Virus record (IMG/VR): IMGVR_UViG_3300030107_002709
Coordinates: 68,964 to 132,963 of that record
DNA from: a virus
Direction: 5' to 3' (one strand)
Length of the DNA: 64,000 nucleotides
Positions 8,446 to 20,800 of this stretch are shown piece by piece. Each line of letters opens with the position of its first letter. The stretch's first letter is position 1. Under the pieces are notes generated by a model that made no database searches, was not told the DNA's origin, and worked only from the letters and a program-made list of their open reading frames with translations. A program made the translations under genes and the position numbers.

Positions 8446-11400
8446 TTATGCTTGTGATTCCTGCCATGTAATTCTAGCAGATATTGAGTAAGGGTTATTT
8501 AGTGAAACTCCAGAAGAGTCAACTATGTTTCCTACAACTGTTAGAAGGTCAGGTCCATTTGGATAGATACCGTCACCACCTAATATTGAGTTACCCAACG
8601 CACTAATCTTCGATAGGTCGAAGTTAGTTGATGCAGTTTGACCAGATCCAGCACCAGATGCTCTGAACGATAGAATCGTTGAACCAGATGCTAATGTATC
8701 GGTAGAACTATGTCTAACCAATTGACATAGTGATGGGTTTTCAACATTCTCGAAGGTGTCTGTACTCAAGGAAGGATTCAGTCTTAGACTAATCTCTGTC
8801 TCGTGAGTAGTCAAGATACCAACAGAGTCAAGCTTAAGTTGCATTCGGTTGATAATCTCTCTTTCACCTAACGCTCCAGTAATCGAGGAGTCAACTGATG
8901 GAGCCAATCTAATTGAAATTAGAGGCATATCGGTTGGAATCAAGTTCTCGTTACCTGATGGAGCACCAACTGAGAAGGTAGTGCTGTTAGGAACAGCAGG
9001 GTTACCTAAGTTGGAGTTGATTTGTGAGTAGTAGTTTCTTGGGAAGTAATCAGAAGTACCTTCGACATACTTGATGTATACGTAGTAAGTAGATCCTGAC
9101 TGATATGATCTAGTATCGATCACTCTACCATCAACGAAGTATCCATTAGCAACAGAACTTTCATAGATGTTAGTGTTAATCGTTAGAATAGAACCATAGG
9201 ATCCATTATCAAATGGGATTCTGATAAAGTATCTTCTATAGTACCAGTTAACTCTTTCTTCAACGATATTAGAGTTGTTATTTGACTGAGCAGCGTTAGC
9301 AGAACTGTTGGTATACTTATGAGTAATACCAGATGCAGTGAATAGATACGCTTCGTCATCCTGGAATGTACCATCCATGATAACTGATGTACCCCAGTGG
9401 AACAGAGTTCCAACGTAGTTAGGTTCATCACCATTCTCAATCTCGTAACGAGCAGGTAGGTTACCTGATCTAAAGTAAGATTCAGTTAGTAAGTTGTTAT
9501 GCTTGAACTCATGGAAGTACTTAACATGTCCATGCTGATCTTTAAATCCAAAGCGGATCTTACCAGCACCATACCAAGAGTAATCCATGTAGCACATCTG
9601 GATCTTAGAAGTATCCAAGATGTAAGCAGACTTACCAAGTCCATCTCCAGTGTCGATGTTCCAATCTGCTCTCGCAACCTTGGTATCAACTGTCTTCGTC
9701 ATGATAACATCTTCATTAGATGTACCACGATATGATGGTTGAATTGTTATCTGAGTATTGTTAGAGACCTTAACGACCTTGTAACTCATACCACGAATAA
9801 CAACCATGTCCTTCACAAGTAACTGTGATGTAAACTTAGTATCAGTACCAGTAACGATCTGTGAACCCTTAGTTACACTAACAGTTCCAGGAATCTGTTG
9901 TACTGAACTTCTACGGCAGCAGTTAATTGTTTGACCATCCATCTCATAGAAGAATCCGTTCTGGTCGTCAAACATACCAGCACGTACCATACAGTCGCTC
10001 CATGATAGAACAGCTAGTGTTGGGAATCCAGCACCAACGGTCTGTGAAGGAACTTTGTTTAGTAGATATGTGAATTTGAATTCGGTATTGACTGCTAATA
10101 CATCAGTAGTTACGTTAAACTCTGGAGTATCACATTGAATAATCTTAATAGAAAGTTTTGGACTTAACTGGTGTGGTTTGGATGTTGTACATTCTGCAGT
10201 TAGAACTGGATCGAATGTAATTGTCTCACCACTAATTGTTGCAGTTAAAGGTGCATCAAGATCAACTGTTGTTCCATCAATAATCTTATTGATTCTGGTA
10301 TCACCACCGATACCAGTACCAGTTACAGGCATGTTGGTTACAAGTACTGAAGTATCTGCAACAGTTAAGAATGTTGAATCTATTGTACCTGAACATGATT
10401 GAGTCTGTATGGAACCAGATTCAGCAAATGTTAAGTTAACAATTGGAATCTGTGGTGTGAAGTTAATAGCAAGTGAGGTCTGAATACCTTTACCTGACTG
10501 ATAACGGAAATACTTACGAGTCTGTCTGGAGATTCTGGAGTTCGGAGACTTAGAAGTACCGATTTCCATACCACCGTCAAACGGTCTGTGTAAGTAGAAT
10601 CCATCAGGTCTTACATAGATGTAAGAAGGAATCATGTAGTTAGTACCAGACTGAGTGAATGTCCAAGCAGAATCAACGATTAAGTTGTCATCATCAGTAA
10701 TAGCAGTAATCATATGTCCTTCAATAACACCAGGTGAACCACCTGTTGTATTAACGATCTTGATTGTATCACCAATCTTGAAGAATCTCTGGAAGGCAGC
10801 ATTAGTACCTGTGACTCTTCTTGATCCAGCTGTAACAGCAACTGTACCTGTTCCTCCAACTTCACCAGATAGTGCAGCAGAGATCAACTGGTGGAATCCT
10901 GATGAGGTTCCTGTGATGTCTACAATGTTAGTTCCAGCAAGTGCGTCTGCTAGTGACTCACAAAGCTTGAAGTGAGCGTTATCAATAACAACCACATAGT
11001 AGTCCTTATTGTCGGTCAAACCAGAAATAGCACTATTACCATTAGCATCGTAGATAACTCTAGTACCAGTAGCATAGTAGTGGTTGTTAATGTTGATCCA
11101 GTTGTCTGTAGTATCAACATCAGCACCAGAACCATCAAACTGTTTTATAGAAGGTGGAACTTTGAATGGAATTGAAACTTCAAGTTCTTTCTCAGAGATT
11201 GCCTTAACAGTAGTATAAGAACCATCAACAACACCGAAGTCAGCAGTTGTGTTCTCAAACTCTTGAATACCAGAACCAGTAGTACTGAAGTTGATAGTAC
11301 TACCACCAACACTGTTCGCTAATACGAATCTGTCTCCACTAATAGTTTTAATGTAGTAAGAGTTACCACTTGTTAATCCACCAATAGCACCAGAAGCACC

Positions 11401-14400
11401 TGTGTACTTAACAACTTCACCGTTAGAGAACTGGTTAGTTGCAATGTAAATGGAGTTCTTTAATGGGTTATCAAGAACAGCAGTTAGTCTCATTTGTCCA
11501 GTAACACCAGCCAATCTCATTGGGTTAGCACCTGTACTTGACTTGATTCTAAATCTGTTATTATCGATTCTATCAATGTACCATGTACCACTAGCAGTAT
11601 TAGTTCTATTACCATACCAGTCATAGTAGTAATGAACTTCACCCCCAGCTGGGAATGACATTGTAGTGGATTGGTTATTTGTGAATCCGTGGTTTGCATA
11701 GTAGAAACTATCATTGGTTGATGTGTTTCTCTTAATGTGCATCCAGAACATATTGGTTCCACCATCTTCACCAATACCTCTAAAGTAATGGTTCAGTGTG
11801 CTGTAACGATATGCTTGAACGTACCACCAATAGTACCCATTACCACGTAATCTCATGTACTGTCCACCAGACCATCCTTCAGTATAGAAGCTTGATGTCC
11901 AGTAACTCTTACTACCACCATTTCCATAGTGACCACCAATGGTATAACCATAACTAGTTCCACCATTGTTATGGGTATTAACACCATAGTTGTAATCGTC
12001 AGTAATGAAGTCGTAACCACCTTGCCAACGCTCACTGCTACTCAATGGTAGACCTTGTAGGTGATATCCGTAGGTTCTCCAATAAGTACCGAAAGAATAT
12101 CTCCATGCATAGTTCCAATAGTACCACTGTGAACCATATCCACCACGCTCTGGCCTGTTAGTAGAGAAGAACGCTGTCATCTCATAATTCTGACCACCTA
12201 GTCCATAACTACCATCAATTGTCTGGAAGTCATGTCCTGAATAGGTTCCACCCCAGTTCCAATAGTAAGTATAGTAACGTGTATTCCACTGTGCATAACT
12301 CTTATATTCTCTGTAACAGCAATAGCATAATCCAAGCTTGTGCTTACCATATGACCAGTTACCATCCCATGTTCCACTATAAGAATTACTTAAGTCAACA
12401 CGACCATAGTTTAATCTCTGAGAATGATGTAATGCTATGGTTGTATCATTAATTCTCTCGATGAAGTATACCTGCATCCTACGGGTAGAACCGAGTGGAC
12501 GTGCACCTGGGGGTGGATAATAAAGCATCGCATATCCGTTTGAGAGTCTATGGTTGCTATCAAATGTAATCGTATCATTTGCATAATCTACTTGTGACTC
12601 ATCAAATGCTAGAGTATATGTTGACTCATAGTTGTATGGATTTATCTGTGTAGAATCTACATCTCTATTAACTGTAGCTTGTTGAACAGTATCAACGTAT
12701 GGTTGACCATCAGGAGCAGTAGCAGTAGGATCCTGAACCTCAAGTATCTTAGGAGATACAGTGTTAATGAAGTAGAAGTTTGTGTTATCAGCAAATCCGT
12801 GCTCAGAAACTGTGGTTAGATAAACCTTAGAGTTTGTTGTAGGAGCAAGCATTGCTATTCCAGAATTAACTCCAGCAATAACAGCACCAGTTGCTGTACC
12901 ACCACTGTGTACGTGAACAGAAGTATCTGTAACAGGACCTTGACCACCGTTAACATTAACTGTAATTGTTGTTGCAGTTACAGACTCAATCATTACTGAC
13001 TGGTTGTAAACATAGTCAGCACCATTAGCGGTAGCAGCACCAGAAGCACGAGGATATGACTTAACAGTTGAGTTTCCGTCTCCGTTATAATCACAAGTTA
13101 ATTTAATAGATTCAGTCTTAAACTTAATATACTGACCAACTAGTAAACTATGTGCACCAATGGTACAAACCATCTCACCTGAGATTGGGTTATATGATAC
13201 GTCAGTAACATCAATGTTTGATATAGATGAACCTGCGTTACCAGACATATTAGCGTGGTTAGCACAGTAGTAATAAAGGTTCTCAGGAGTAGAGTTGTTA
13301 ACGTAGATTCTTGTATATGCACCAGCTTGTCCAGGAGTTCCATGCTCATAAACATATGTGGTATAAGCAGAACCACCACCGTGAGTACCATCAGCAGTTG
13401 TGGAGAATCTTAGTTGGTGTGATGCTACAGTAACATCGGACAAGTCAAAAGTATAGATACCCTTTCTTGTCATTGGAATAGCTGGATATAATTCACCAAC
13501 CCCATCACCTGTAATATCAATAAGATATTTGTTACCCTCTGCATTAACTCCACTACTTGCAATTTCAAGTGTTGCTGTGGAATCAATACCAGTACCAATA
13601 ATTAATTCTGCATCTTGGAATACACCAGTAACATTACCAAGGAAGAAATCATTTCCTTCTCTACGAAGAATAGTACCACTAGCAGATCCTGTTTGACCTG
13701 TAACTACAGTACCAACAATCCATTCAGATGGAGGAGCAGTTGTAACTGTTAGTTTCGTGATTGCCTGAACAGTAACCTTGTAGTTGTAAAGGTCAGACAC
13801 AATACCAATTGATTGGTCTAGACTGATCTGAGAACCTTGGAAGAACTTACCTGGAATAATAGAAGTATAAACACCCTCTAGTTGTCTAGTTGCTGGTTGA
13901 GCTGATCTTGCCTTGTAGGTAAAGGTTGTAGATGTAGGTACAGCCTGAATAATATATGTACCTTCTGCAGTAACAGATGCAAGACCTGTAACTGTGATAG
14001 GAACACCACTCGTGAGGTTGTGATCGAAACTTGTGGTAACTGTAATAAGCTCGTTACCTTTAACAGCCGCTACTGAAGATATAAAGGGGATTGTAGTATC
14101 TGAAGTAGATGCGAAGAACGATGGAATATTATTAATAGTCTGAATCGTTTCCCACTTAGAAGCTTGTGGTCCGTACTCAAAGTCGGTGTCAACCAAGTTT
14201 TCTGGATTTGATACTCTTAACTTTGATACAGCATCAACAAATGTCTCAGACGGTTCAAACTTAACAGAATCTTCTTCCTCAAGAATTTGAAGTGTGTCTG
14301 TATCAGACATTCCTGTTGTATCATACAGCAATGTTATTGTTGTATGATCGGATGCTGAGTCATAGCTAAACGTACCAGTTTTGGTAGTGTCAGCAAAGTT

Positions 14401-14526
14401 ATAGATAATTTGGTTATCCGTTGTGTTAGTTATCAACAACATTCTTCGCTGGTGCTTATTACCATGCAAAGTAACTGTTCTTGCTGATGCGTCAAACTGA
14501 TAATCAAAGAGCAAGGTTTTTGCCAT
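8446..14526 (-). CDS. Large virion structural / fibre-adhesin-like protein (2026 aa)
   Basis: T/G/S-rich beta repeats (H.L/F..G..V), YYYCANHANM motif, RQTRKYFRYQSGKG and DYSWYGAG motifs seen in cyanophage virion proteins. Confidence 0.8.
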   Translation of the reverse strand: MAKTLLFDYQFDASARTVTLHGNKHQRRMLLITNTTDNQIIYNFADTTKTGTFSYDSASDHTTITLLYDTTGMSDTDTLQILEEEDSVKFEPSETFVDAVSKLRVSNPENLVDTDFEYGPQASKWETIQTINNIPSFFASTSDTTIPFISSVAAVKGNELITVTTSFDHNLTSGVPITVTGLASVTAEGTYIIQAVPTSTTFTYKARSAQPATRQLEGVYTSIIPGKFFQGSQISLDQSIGIVSDLYNYKVTVQAITKLTVTTAPPSEWIVGTVVTGQTGSASGTILRREGNDFFLGNVTGVFQDAELIIGTGIDSTATLEIASSGVNAEGNKYLIDITGDGVGELYPAIPMTRKGIYTFDLSDVTVASHQLRFSTTADGTHGGGSAYTTYVYEHGTPGQAGAYTRIYVNNSTPENLYYYCANHANMSGNAGSSISNIDVTDVSYNPISGEMVCTIGAHSLLVGQYIKFKTESIKLTCDYNGDGNSTVKSYPRASGAATANGADYVYNQSVMIESVTATTITVNVNGGQGPVTDTSVHVHSGGTATGAVIAGVNSGIAMLAPTTNSKVYLTTVSEHGFADNTNFYFINTVSPKILEVQDPTATAPDGQPYVDTVQQATVNRDVDSTQINPYNYESTYTLAFDESQVDYANDTITFDSNHRLSNGYAMLYYPPPGARPLGSTRRMQVYFIERINDTTIALHHSQRLNYGRVDLSNSYSGTWDGNWSYGKHKLGLCYCCYREYKSYAQWNTRYYTYYWNWGGTYSGHDFQTIDGSYGLGGQNYEMTAFFSTNRPERGGYGSQWYYWNYAWRYSFGTYWRTYGYHLQGLPLSSSERWQGGYDFITDDYNYGVNTHNNGGTSYGYTIGGHYGNGGSKSYWTSSFYTEGWSGGQYMRLRGNGYYWWYVQAYRYSTLNHYFRGIGEDGGTNMFWMHIKRNTSTNDSFYYANHGFTNNQSTTMSFPAGGEVHYYYDWYGNRTNTASGTWYIDRIDNNRFRIKSSTGANPMRLAGVTGQMRLTAVLDNPLKNSIYIATNQFSNGEVVKYTGASGAIGGLTSGNSYYIKTISGDRFVLANSVGGSTINFSTTGSGIQEFENTTADFGVVDGSYTTVKAISEKELEVSIPFKVPPSIKQFDGSGADVDTTDNWININNHYYATGTRVIYDANGNSAISGLTDNKDYYVVVIDNAHFKLCESLADALAGTNIVDITGTSSGFHQLISAALSGEVGGTGTVAVTAGSRRVTGTNAAFQRFFKIGDTIKIVNTTGGSPGVIEGHMITAITDDDNLIVDSAWTFTQSGTNYMIPSYIYVRPDGFYLHRPFDGGMEIGTSKSPNSRISRQTRKYFRYQSGKGIQTSLAINFTPQIPIVNLTFAESGSIQTQSCSGTIDSTFLTVADTSVLVTNMPVTGTGIGGDTRINKIIDGTTVDLDAPLTATISGETITFDPVLTAECTTSKPHQLSPKLSIKIIQCDTPEFNVTTDVLAVNTEFKFTYLLNKVPSQTVGAGFPTLAVLSWSDCMVRAGMFDDQNGFFYEMDGQTINCCRRSSVQQIPGTVSVTKGSQIVTGTDTKFTSQLLVKDMVVIRGMSYKVVKVSNNTQITIQPSYRGTSNEDVIMTKTVDTKVARADWNIDTGDGLGKSAYILDTSKIQMCYMDYSWYGAGKIRFGFKDQHGHVKYFHEFKHNNLLTESYFRSGNLPARYEIENGDEPNYVGTLFHWGTSVIMDGTFQDDEAYLFTASGITHKYTNSSANAAQSNNNSNIVEERVNWYYRRYFIRIPFDNGSYGSILTINTNIYESSVANGYFVDGRVIDTRSYQSGSTYYVYIKYVEGTSDYFPRNYYSQINSNLGNPAVPNSTTFSVGAPSGNENLIPTDMPLISIRLAPSVDSSITGALGEREIINRMQLKLDSVGILTTHETEISLRLNPSLSTDTFENVENPSLCQLVRHSSTDTLASGSTILSFRASGAGSGQTASTNFDLSKISALGNSILGGDGIYPNGPDLLTVVGNIVDSSGVSLNNPYSISARITWQESQA

Positions 14527-14617
14527 TTTCTTTTAATCCCCTTTAAATGTTTATGAGTGGTTATTTCAATTCAGTGCAGATCATTTTATATGAAATCTAA
14601 TGTTGATGGTTTTTGGT

Positions 14618-14827
14618 TTACCAACCAAGGGCGGCCATCATGCCCATACTTGTTGTTACTTCTGCAGTAACATCGTCTCTTCGAGCAAATTCTATGCCCC
14701 CAGGAGTTGCTCCGTCATGGAGAACAAGGGTCATTTTCGTAGTATCTACGGTCAATTCTCCAAGAGCTCCAGTAAATGTTGACTGTTGTACTGTAGTACC
14801 TCGTCTCAACTGTACCTGCTTAGTCAT
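14618..14827 (-). CDS. Stand-alone Mtd N-terminal-like domain protein (69 aa)
   Basis: QVQLRRGTT......GALGELTVDT....V.HDG..PGG is the Mtd_N / tail-fibre N-terminal motif; GAGG RBS and own late promoter. Confidence 0.8.
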   Translation of the reverse strand: MTKQVQLRRGTTVQQSTFTGALGELTVDTTKMTLVLHDGATPGGIEFARRDDVTAEVTTSMGMMAALGW

Positions 14828-14854
14828 AGCTATCCCTCGAATTTATGCTTCTTT

Positions 14855-14862
14855 TATTTATA
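14855..14862 (-). promoter_or_regulatory. T4 late promoter TATAAATA
   Basis: Perfect consensus 27 nt upstream of the 69-aa gene. Confidence 0.75.
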
Positions 14863-14878
14863 GAAGTAAAATCTTCAG

Positions 14879-17800
14879 TTATATTATCGTTGCGAACATA
14901 AATGGTGGCTCGAATGTTCTGAGCTCATTGAGAGACTCTCCACTGAGAGTAATTGTTCCCTCCCCAATGTATGCAGATCTGACGAATTTATCATCTGCAC
15001 TACCACCAATTGTTGTAAGAAGAATGTTTTCGTAGTCAACAGTAGCAGATTCAACTCCTCCACTGAAGGCGAATAATGTTCCGTAAGGTGCAGTGTATCC
15101 GAAGCTACGTTTGATGTTGGTAACTTCACCAGATACAGTGTATTGTGCAGTATCTTCTGGAGGATTGTGTGTAAGCTTAATATTGGTAACTGCTCCACCA
15201 ATATCACTGAAGGAACCAGATCCGACATATCCCTTACGTACAAAGGCTTCTGCACCATGACCAAAGATATCATATAGAGTTGTATCTTCGTAATCAACAG
15301 TTGCAGATTCAGCAGCTCCAGATGCAGTGAATAGAGATCCAGATCCAACATGTGATCTTGCACGTGCATCATCAGAATCACCACTAATGGTTGCAGTACC
15401 AGATCCATGATAATGATCTGTCTGTCTCTCATCAAGATTACCAGCAACATATATTGAACCAGAACCAATATTGTTAGGTGTGAATATAGTTCTAGCTTCA
15501 CCACTGAAGGTAACAGTACCAGATCCAGAAAGAATAACTGTTCTTGCTTCAGAACCATTACCTGCAACTGTGTAAAGTAGAGTATCTTCTGGAGGATTTG
15601 TGGTAATTGATTCTGCGGAACCACTTGCTGTGAATAGGGATCCAGATCCAGTCCAATGTTTCGTAATCTGAATATCTGTAACCTGACCAGATATTGTTGC
15701 TGTACCAGAACCAATCCAACTTGGGATCCATCTGATAGATGCTTCTCCAGTGAAGGTAGCAGTACCAGTACCGATTTCTGGAGCTGGTGTAAAGCTTTCT
15801 GCTTTCGTACCAGAAATGGTAATAGAACCAGATCCGATAAATGGTCTTGTTCTGGATGGTGCACCATCGCCACTGATTGTAAATATTCCAGTGCTGATCT
15901 CGCTTGTGGAGATAGATTCTGCTGCACCAAGAGCTGTAAATAGAGATCCAGATCCTGTCTCTGCAAATGTTCTCTGAACATCGGAGACTGCACCAGATAC
16001 AGTTGCAGATCCAGAACCAACCCAGTTCTCTGTATGCTTCTCTGTACCAGCACCTGTCCAAGTATAGAGAACTGTATTCTCTGGAGGATTTGTAGTTGTA
16101 GATTCTGCAGAACCACCAGCAGTAAATAGTGATCCAGATCCAACCCAATCGTCTGTCTGACTTTCGAGTGCTGATCCAGATATAGTAATAGAACCAGATC
16201 CAGACTCTGCAAATGTTCTTTGAATATCCGAAACTGCACCAGAGAATGTTGTGGATCCAGAACCGACCCATCTCTCTGTATGTTTCTCGATACCAGCACC
16301 AACATATGTGTATAGTACTGTGCTTTCTGGAGGATTTGTTCCGATAGATTCGGATGCTCCACTTGCTGTCCAAAGAGATCCAGAACCAACTTCTGATACT
16401 GTACTTCTTTGTGATCCAGAACCACTGATTTCGTATAGACCAATACCATCGATATTTGCAGAGAAACTTTCTGCAGCACCACCAACTGAGAAGAGTGAAC
16501 CAGATGCAGTCCAGTGCTTCGTGATAAGTGGTTCTGGGATTTCTCCAGATGTGAAGTAAGAACCTTGACCAACCCAAGAAGGTGACCATTGATTCTCACT
16601 AATACCAGACCAAACAAATAGTGCAATATCCTCTGGAGGATTAGTACCAACTGCCTCTGCTGCACCACCAGCAGTAAAGACATTACCAGAACCAGTGAGG
16701 ATGTAACGAACCTTGAATGTACATGCACCACCAACTGTGTAAGTACCACTACCAGTGATATGTGGAATGTAACGGGTACTAGCAGTTCCTGATAGAGTAA
16801 CAGATCCAGATCCAATCTCTCGGTATACTGCTTTCTCAATTCTAGTACCACCAATCTGATGAAGAGAAGTACTCTCAGGTGGATTTGTTGTAACAGATTC
16901 AGCAGCACCAGAACCAGTAAATAATGTACCAGAACCAAAGTACCTAACACGGTAGATGAGATCTGCTTCACCAGTGATAGTTGCAGTACCAGATCCTTCA
17001 AATGCACCAGTGTAATTCTCAGAACCAGCACCAGATAGAGTGATAGATCCAGATCCAACTTCTGTTGCTGGAGTAAAGCTTTCTGCCTTAGTACCACCAA
17101 CTGCGAATAGTGCAGTATCTTCTGGAGGATTGGTGGTTGTAGATTCAGCAGCACCACTAGATGTGTATAGTGAACCAGCACCAATATGTCTGAGAGAGAA
17201 GGTGTAATGTGTAGAACCAACAATAGTGAAGAGATATGTTGACTCATAATCAACAGTTGCACTCTCTGCGGCTCCACTAGTAGTAAAGAGACTACCAGAT
17301 CCAATCTCAGGTGCTGGAGTAAAGCTTTCTGCCTTAGTACCAGATATAGTAATAGAACCAGATCCAATGTAAGGTGCTTTAGCAATGCTAACATTAGCTT
17401 CACCAGATACAGTTGCAGATCCAGAACCAATATATCTCTCTGTATGTTTCTCAATACCAGAACCACTGTAAGTCCAAAGACCAATTCCACCTTCAAGAAC
17501 AGCAACCATTTCAACTGCTCCACCAGCAGTGAATAGTGAACCAGAACCATCAAAGTTAGCAAAGGACTTACTCTCTGCACCTGTACCAGATAAGGTAACA
17601 GTACCAGAACCAATCTCAGCATCTGTCTGCCTTTCAACTGCAGCACCAGATAGAGTGATAGATCCAGATCCAGACTCAGCAAATGTCTGACGTTCTGATA
17701 TTCTAGTACCAGCAACTGTGTAGAGTAATGTATCCTCTGGTGGGTTAGTTGTGGTAGACTCAGCTGCACCTCCAGCACTGAATAGAGATCCAGACTGTAC

Positions 17801-20800
17801 AAATCCGTGACCCCAAGTGAATGCATATGTGTTACCAACAAACTGAGGTGCAGTGTAAATGTATGCAGTACCTTCACCAGTTAGAGCTGTTGTAGGTCTT
17901 TCTATTCCTTCACCAGAAACTAGATATGTACCACCCTCACATCCTTCTCTCCAGACGAATGGAGTATTTGCAACACCACCAATTGTGTAAGTACCAGATG
18001 CAGCGAGACCAGGATGTGCAAGTGTGTTGTTGGAACCGTAGTCTTCTTCACCACCCCATTTAACACCAAGGTCACCGTAATCAGCAAATACTGTTGTAGC
18101 ATCAACGATGTTACCTTCGTCATCAACAACAAGTACAGATGGTAATGTATCGCTATAATGCCATGTTCTAGATTCAGCAGCACCACCAAGAGAATTGATG
18201 TTACCAGATCCATAGTACTGCCAACTAAAGCTGTAGGTGTTACCAATAAACTGAGGTGCAGTGAAGATATCATATAGAGTTGTATCTTCGTAATCGTATG
18301 CAACAACCTCTGCTGCACCACCAGTAGCAAATAGTGATCCAGAAGCAATGTGTCCAAATGTTCTAGCAACACCAACGGTATCACTTATTAGACCAAGATG
18401 ATAAGTTCCAGAAGCAGATACAGTATCACTAGATCTCCATAGTTGACTTCCTAGACCAATCCAAATAGATCCATAATCATATTCACCACCATCTTGAGGT
18501 GGATGAACTGTACCTTGATCATCAAACGTAGTAGCACTATCTGTTATTGAACCATTATCATCCTGATATGTTATAGCGGTGAGATTGATATCATAGTTGT
18601 AAGTTCTAGACTCAGCACCACCAACAACAGTAAAGATAGAACCAGTTCCAACCTCACTGAATGTCCTTGCAATAGAATGAGTACCACTTAGATCACCAAG
18701 TGATGTGTCCTCTCCAAATTCTGTCGTGGTAAAGGATTCTGCAGCACCAAGAGCAGTGAATAATGAACCTTCACCAAAGTGTGCATATGCTGGTTTGTAG
18801 ATCTCGAATACTTCACCACCGAAGGTAAGAGTTCCATTTGCAGCAGCACCATTAGTAGCACCCAACCATACCTGACCATGATCCTCGGTGTCGTCACCAA
18901 CATATCCAAAGTCACCATGATCATCAATTGTTGTAACAGTATCAGATATGAAACCATTATCCTCAGTACTAAATGCCTGACTTGCAGATTCGTTATAAGC
19001 ATATGCTCTAGCTTCAACACATCCACCAACACTGAATAATCCACCTGTACCTGGAGGTGCATTCCATACAAAGCTGTATGTGTTACCAATAAACTGTGGA
19101 GCAGTAAAGATATCATATAGACAGGTATCATTCTCAGGTGAGTATGTTGAAGATTCAGCAGCTCCAGATGCAGTGAATAGTGATCCAGAACCAGTAAAGT
19201 TACCAAAGGTGAATGCAGTAGATACAGAACCATCAACAACGTAAGTACCTGTTACTGGTATTGCATCAGCACTGTAAAGTACAGATCCGTAATCATATTC
19301 ACCACCAGACTGAATAGTATCAACACTACCCTGATCATCTGACGTTACTACACTGTCTACTACTAGACCATGATCAGTTGATGTGAATACAACGATAGCA
19401 TTCTGATCATAATCATATGTCCTACACTCGGCAGCACCACCAGCTCTGAATATTGATCCAGATCCAATCTCAACAACAGTACTTGATTGTGAACCAGCAC
19501 CGCCAAGATCTCCAAGTGATGTATCCTCACCAAACTCAGTAGTAGATACACATTCACCAGCACCACCTGTAGAGAATAGAGATCCAACACCAGTGTATAG
19601 ACCCTTACTAAATGACTGAGTAACAGCACCACTATATGTGTAAGTACCAGCAGTAGCATCAACTGCCTGACTGTAGATTATAGATTCGTAATCTTCTTCA
19701 CCATCACTGGTAGGATCAGATACAGATCCATAATTAATAACATCATTAATTGGATGTGTTGCATCAGTTACTAATCCATAATCAGCACTAGAGAAGGATA
19801 CACTAGCAGAGTCATTGTAATCATAAGTTCTAGCTTCTACACATCCACCAATACCAAATAATCCACCCTCAACAAACGGTGCGTTCCAACAGAACCTATA
19901 GGTGTTACCAATAAACTGAGGTGCAGTAAAGATATCGTATAGTACAGTATCCTCAGTAGGTTGATAAACAGCAGACTCAGAAGCACCACCAATAGTAAAG
20001 ATAGAACCACTACCTTCATGTGCGTAAGATGGTTCATACTTAATATCACCAGATTCTTCTTGTGTCTTCTCATCCCCTACTTGTGGGAACGTACCATATG
20101 GTTCAGTTAGATAATCTGGGTTGAGTGCATCAATTTCTTCCTGAGTCCATCTTGCTCTTGTTAGACTTAGAGTATATGTTCCAGAGTTGGATACAACATC
20201 AGATGTGTAAATTACAAATCCGTAATCTTCTGTATCTTCATCGAATAATCCAAAGTCACCATAACTTATTACATCATTAGTTGGATGTGTTAGATCTGTT
20301 ACTGCACCCCAATCAATAGTACTGAATGGAATAACTGGACCAGGAGCATAGTTCCATGTAACACACTCAGCAGCATCAACTATACTGAATAATCCACCTG
20401 TACCTGGAGGTGCATTCCATACGAAGCTATAGGTGTTACCAATGTATGCAGGTGCTGTAAAGATATCAAAGAGACCTGTTGACTCCCAATCAACAGTTGC
20501 AGATTCAGCAGAACCACCAGCAGTGAATAGGGATCCAGAATCTGATACAAAGTTCCAGCAGAAGCTGTAAGTATTGTTAATAAACTGAGGTGCAGTAGTG
20601 AGAGTTACTAATCCAGTTACAGGATATACAGTCTCAGTGTAAATTATTGAACCGTGATCATCCTCACCTTCTTGAATATCAGCAACACCACCCTGATCAA
20701 TATTGGTAGTAGCAGCATCTGTTATTAATCCATAATCATCACTTCCAACTGTGACGATAGAAGATTCGTTATAATCGAATGTTACAGACTCAGCAGCACC

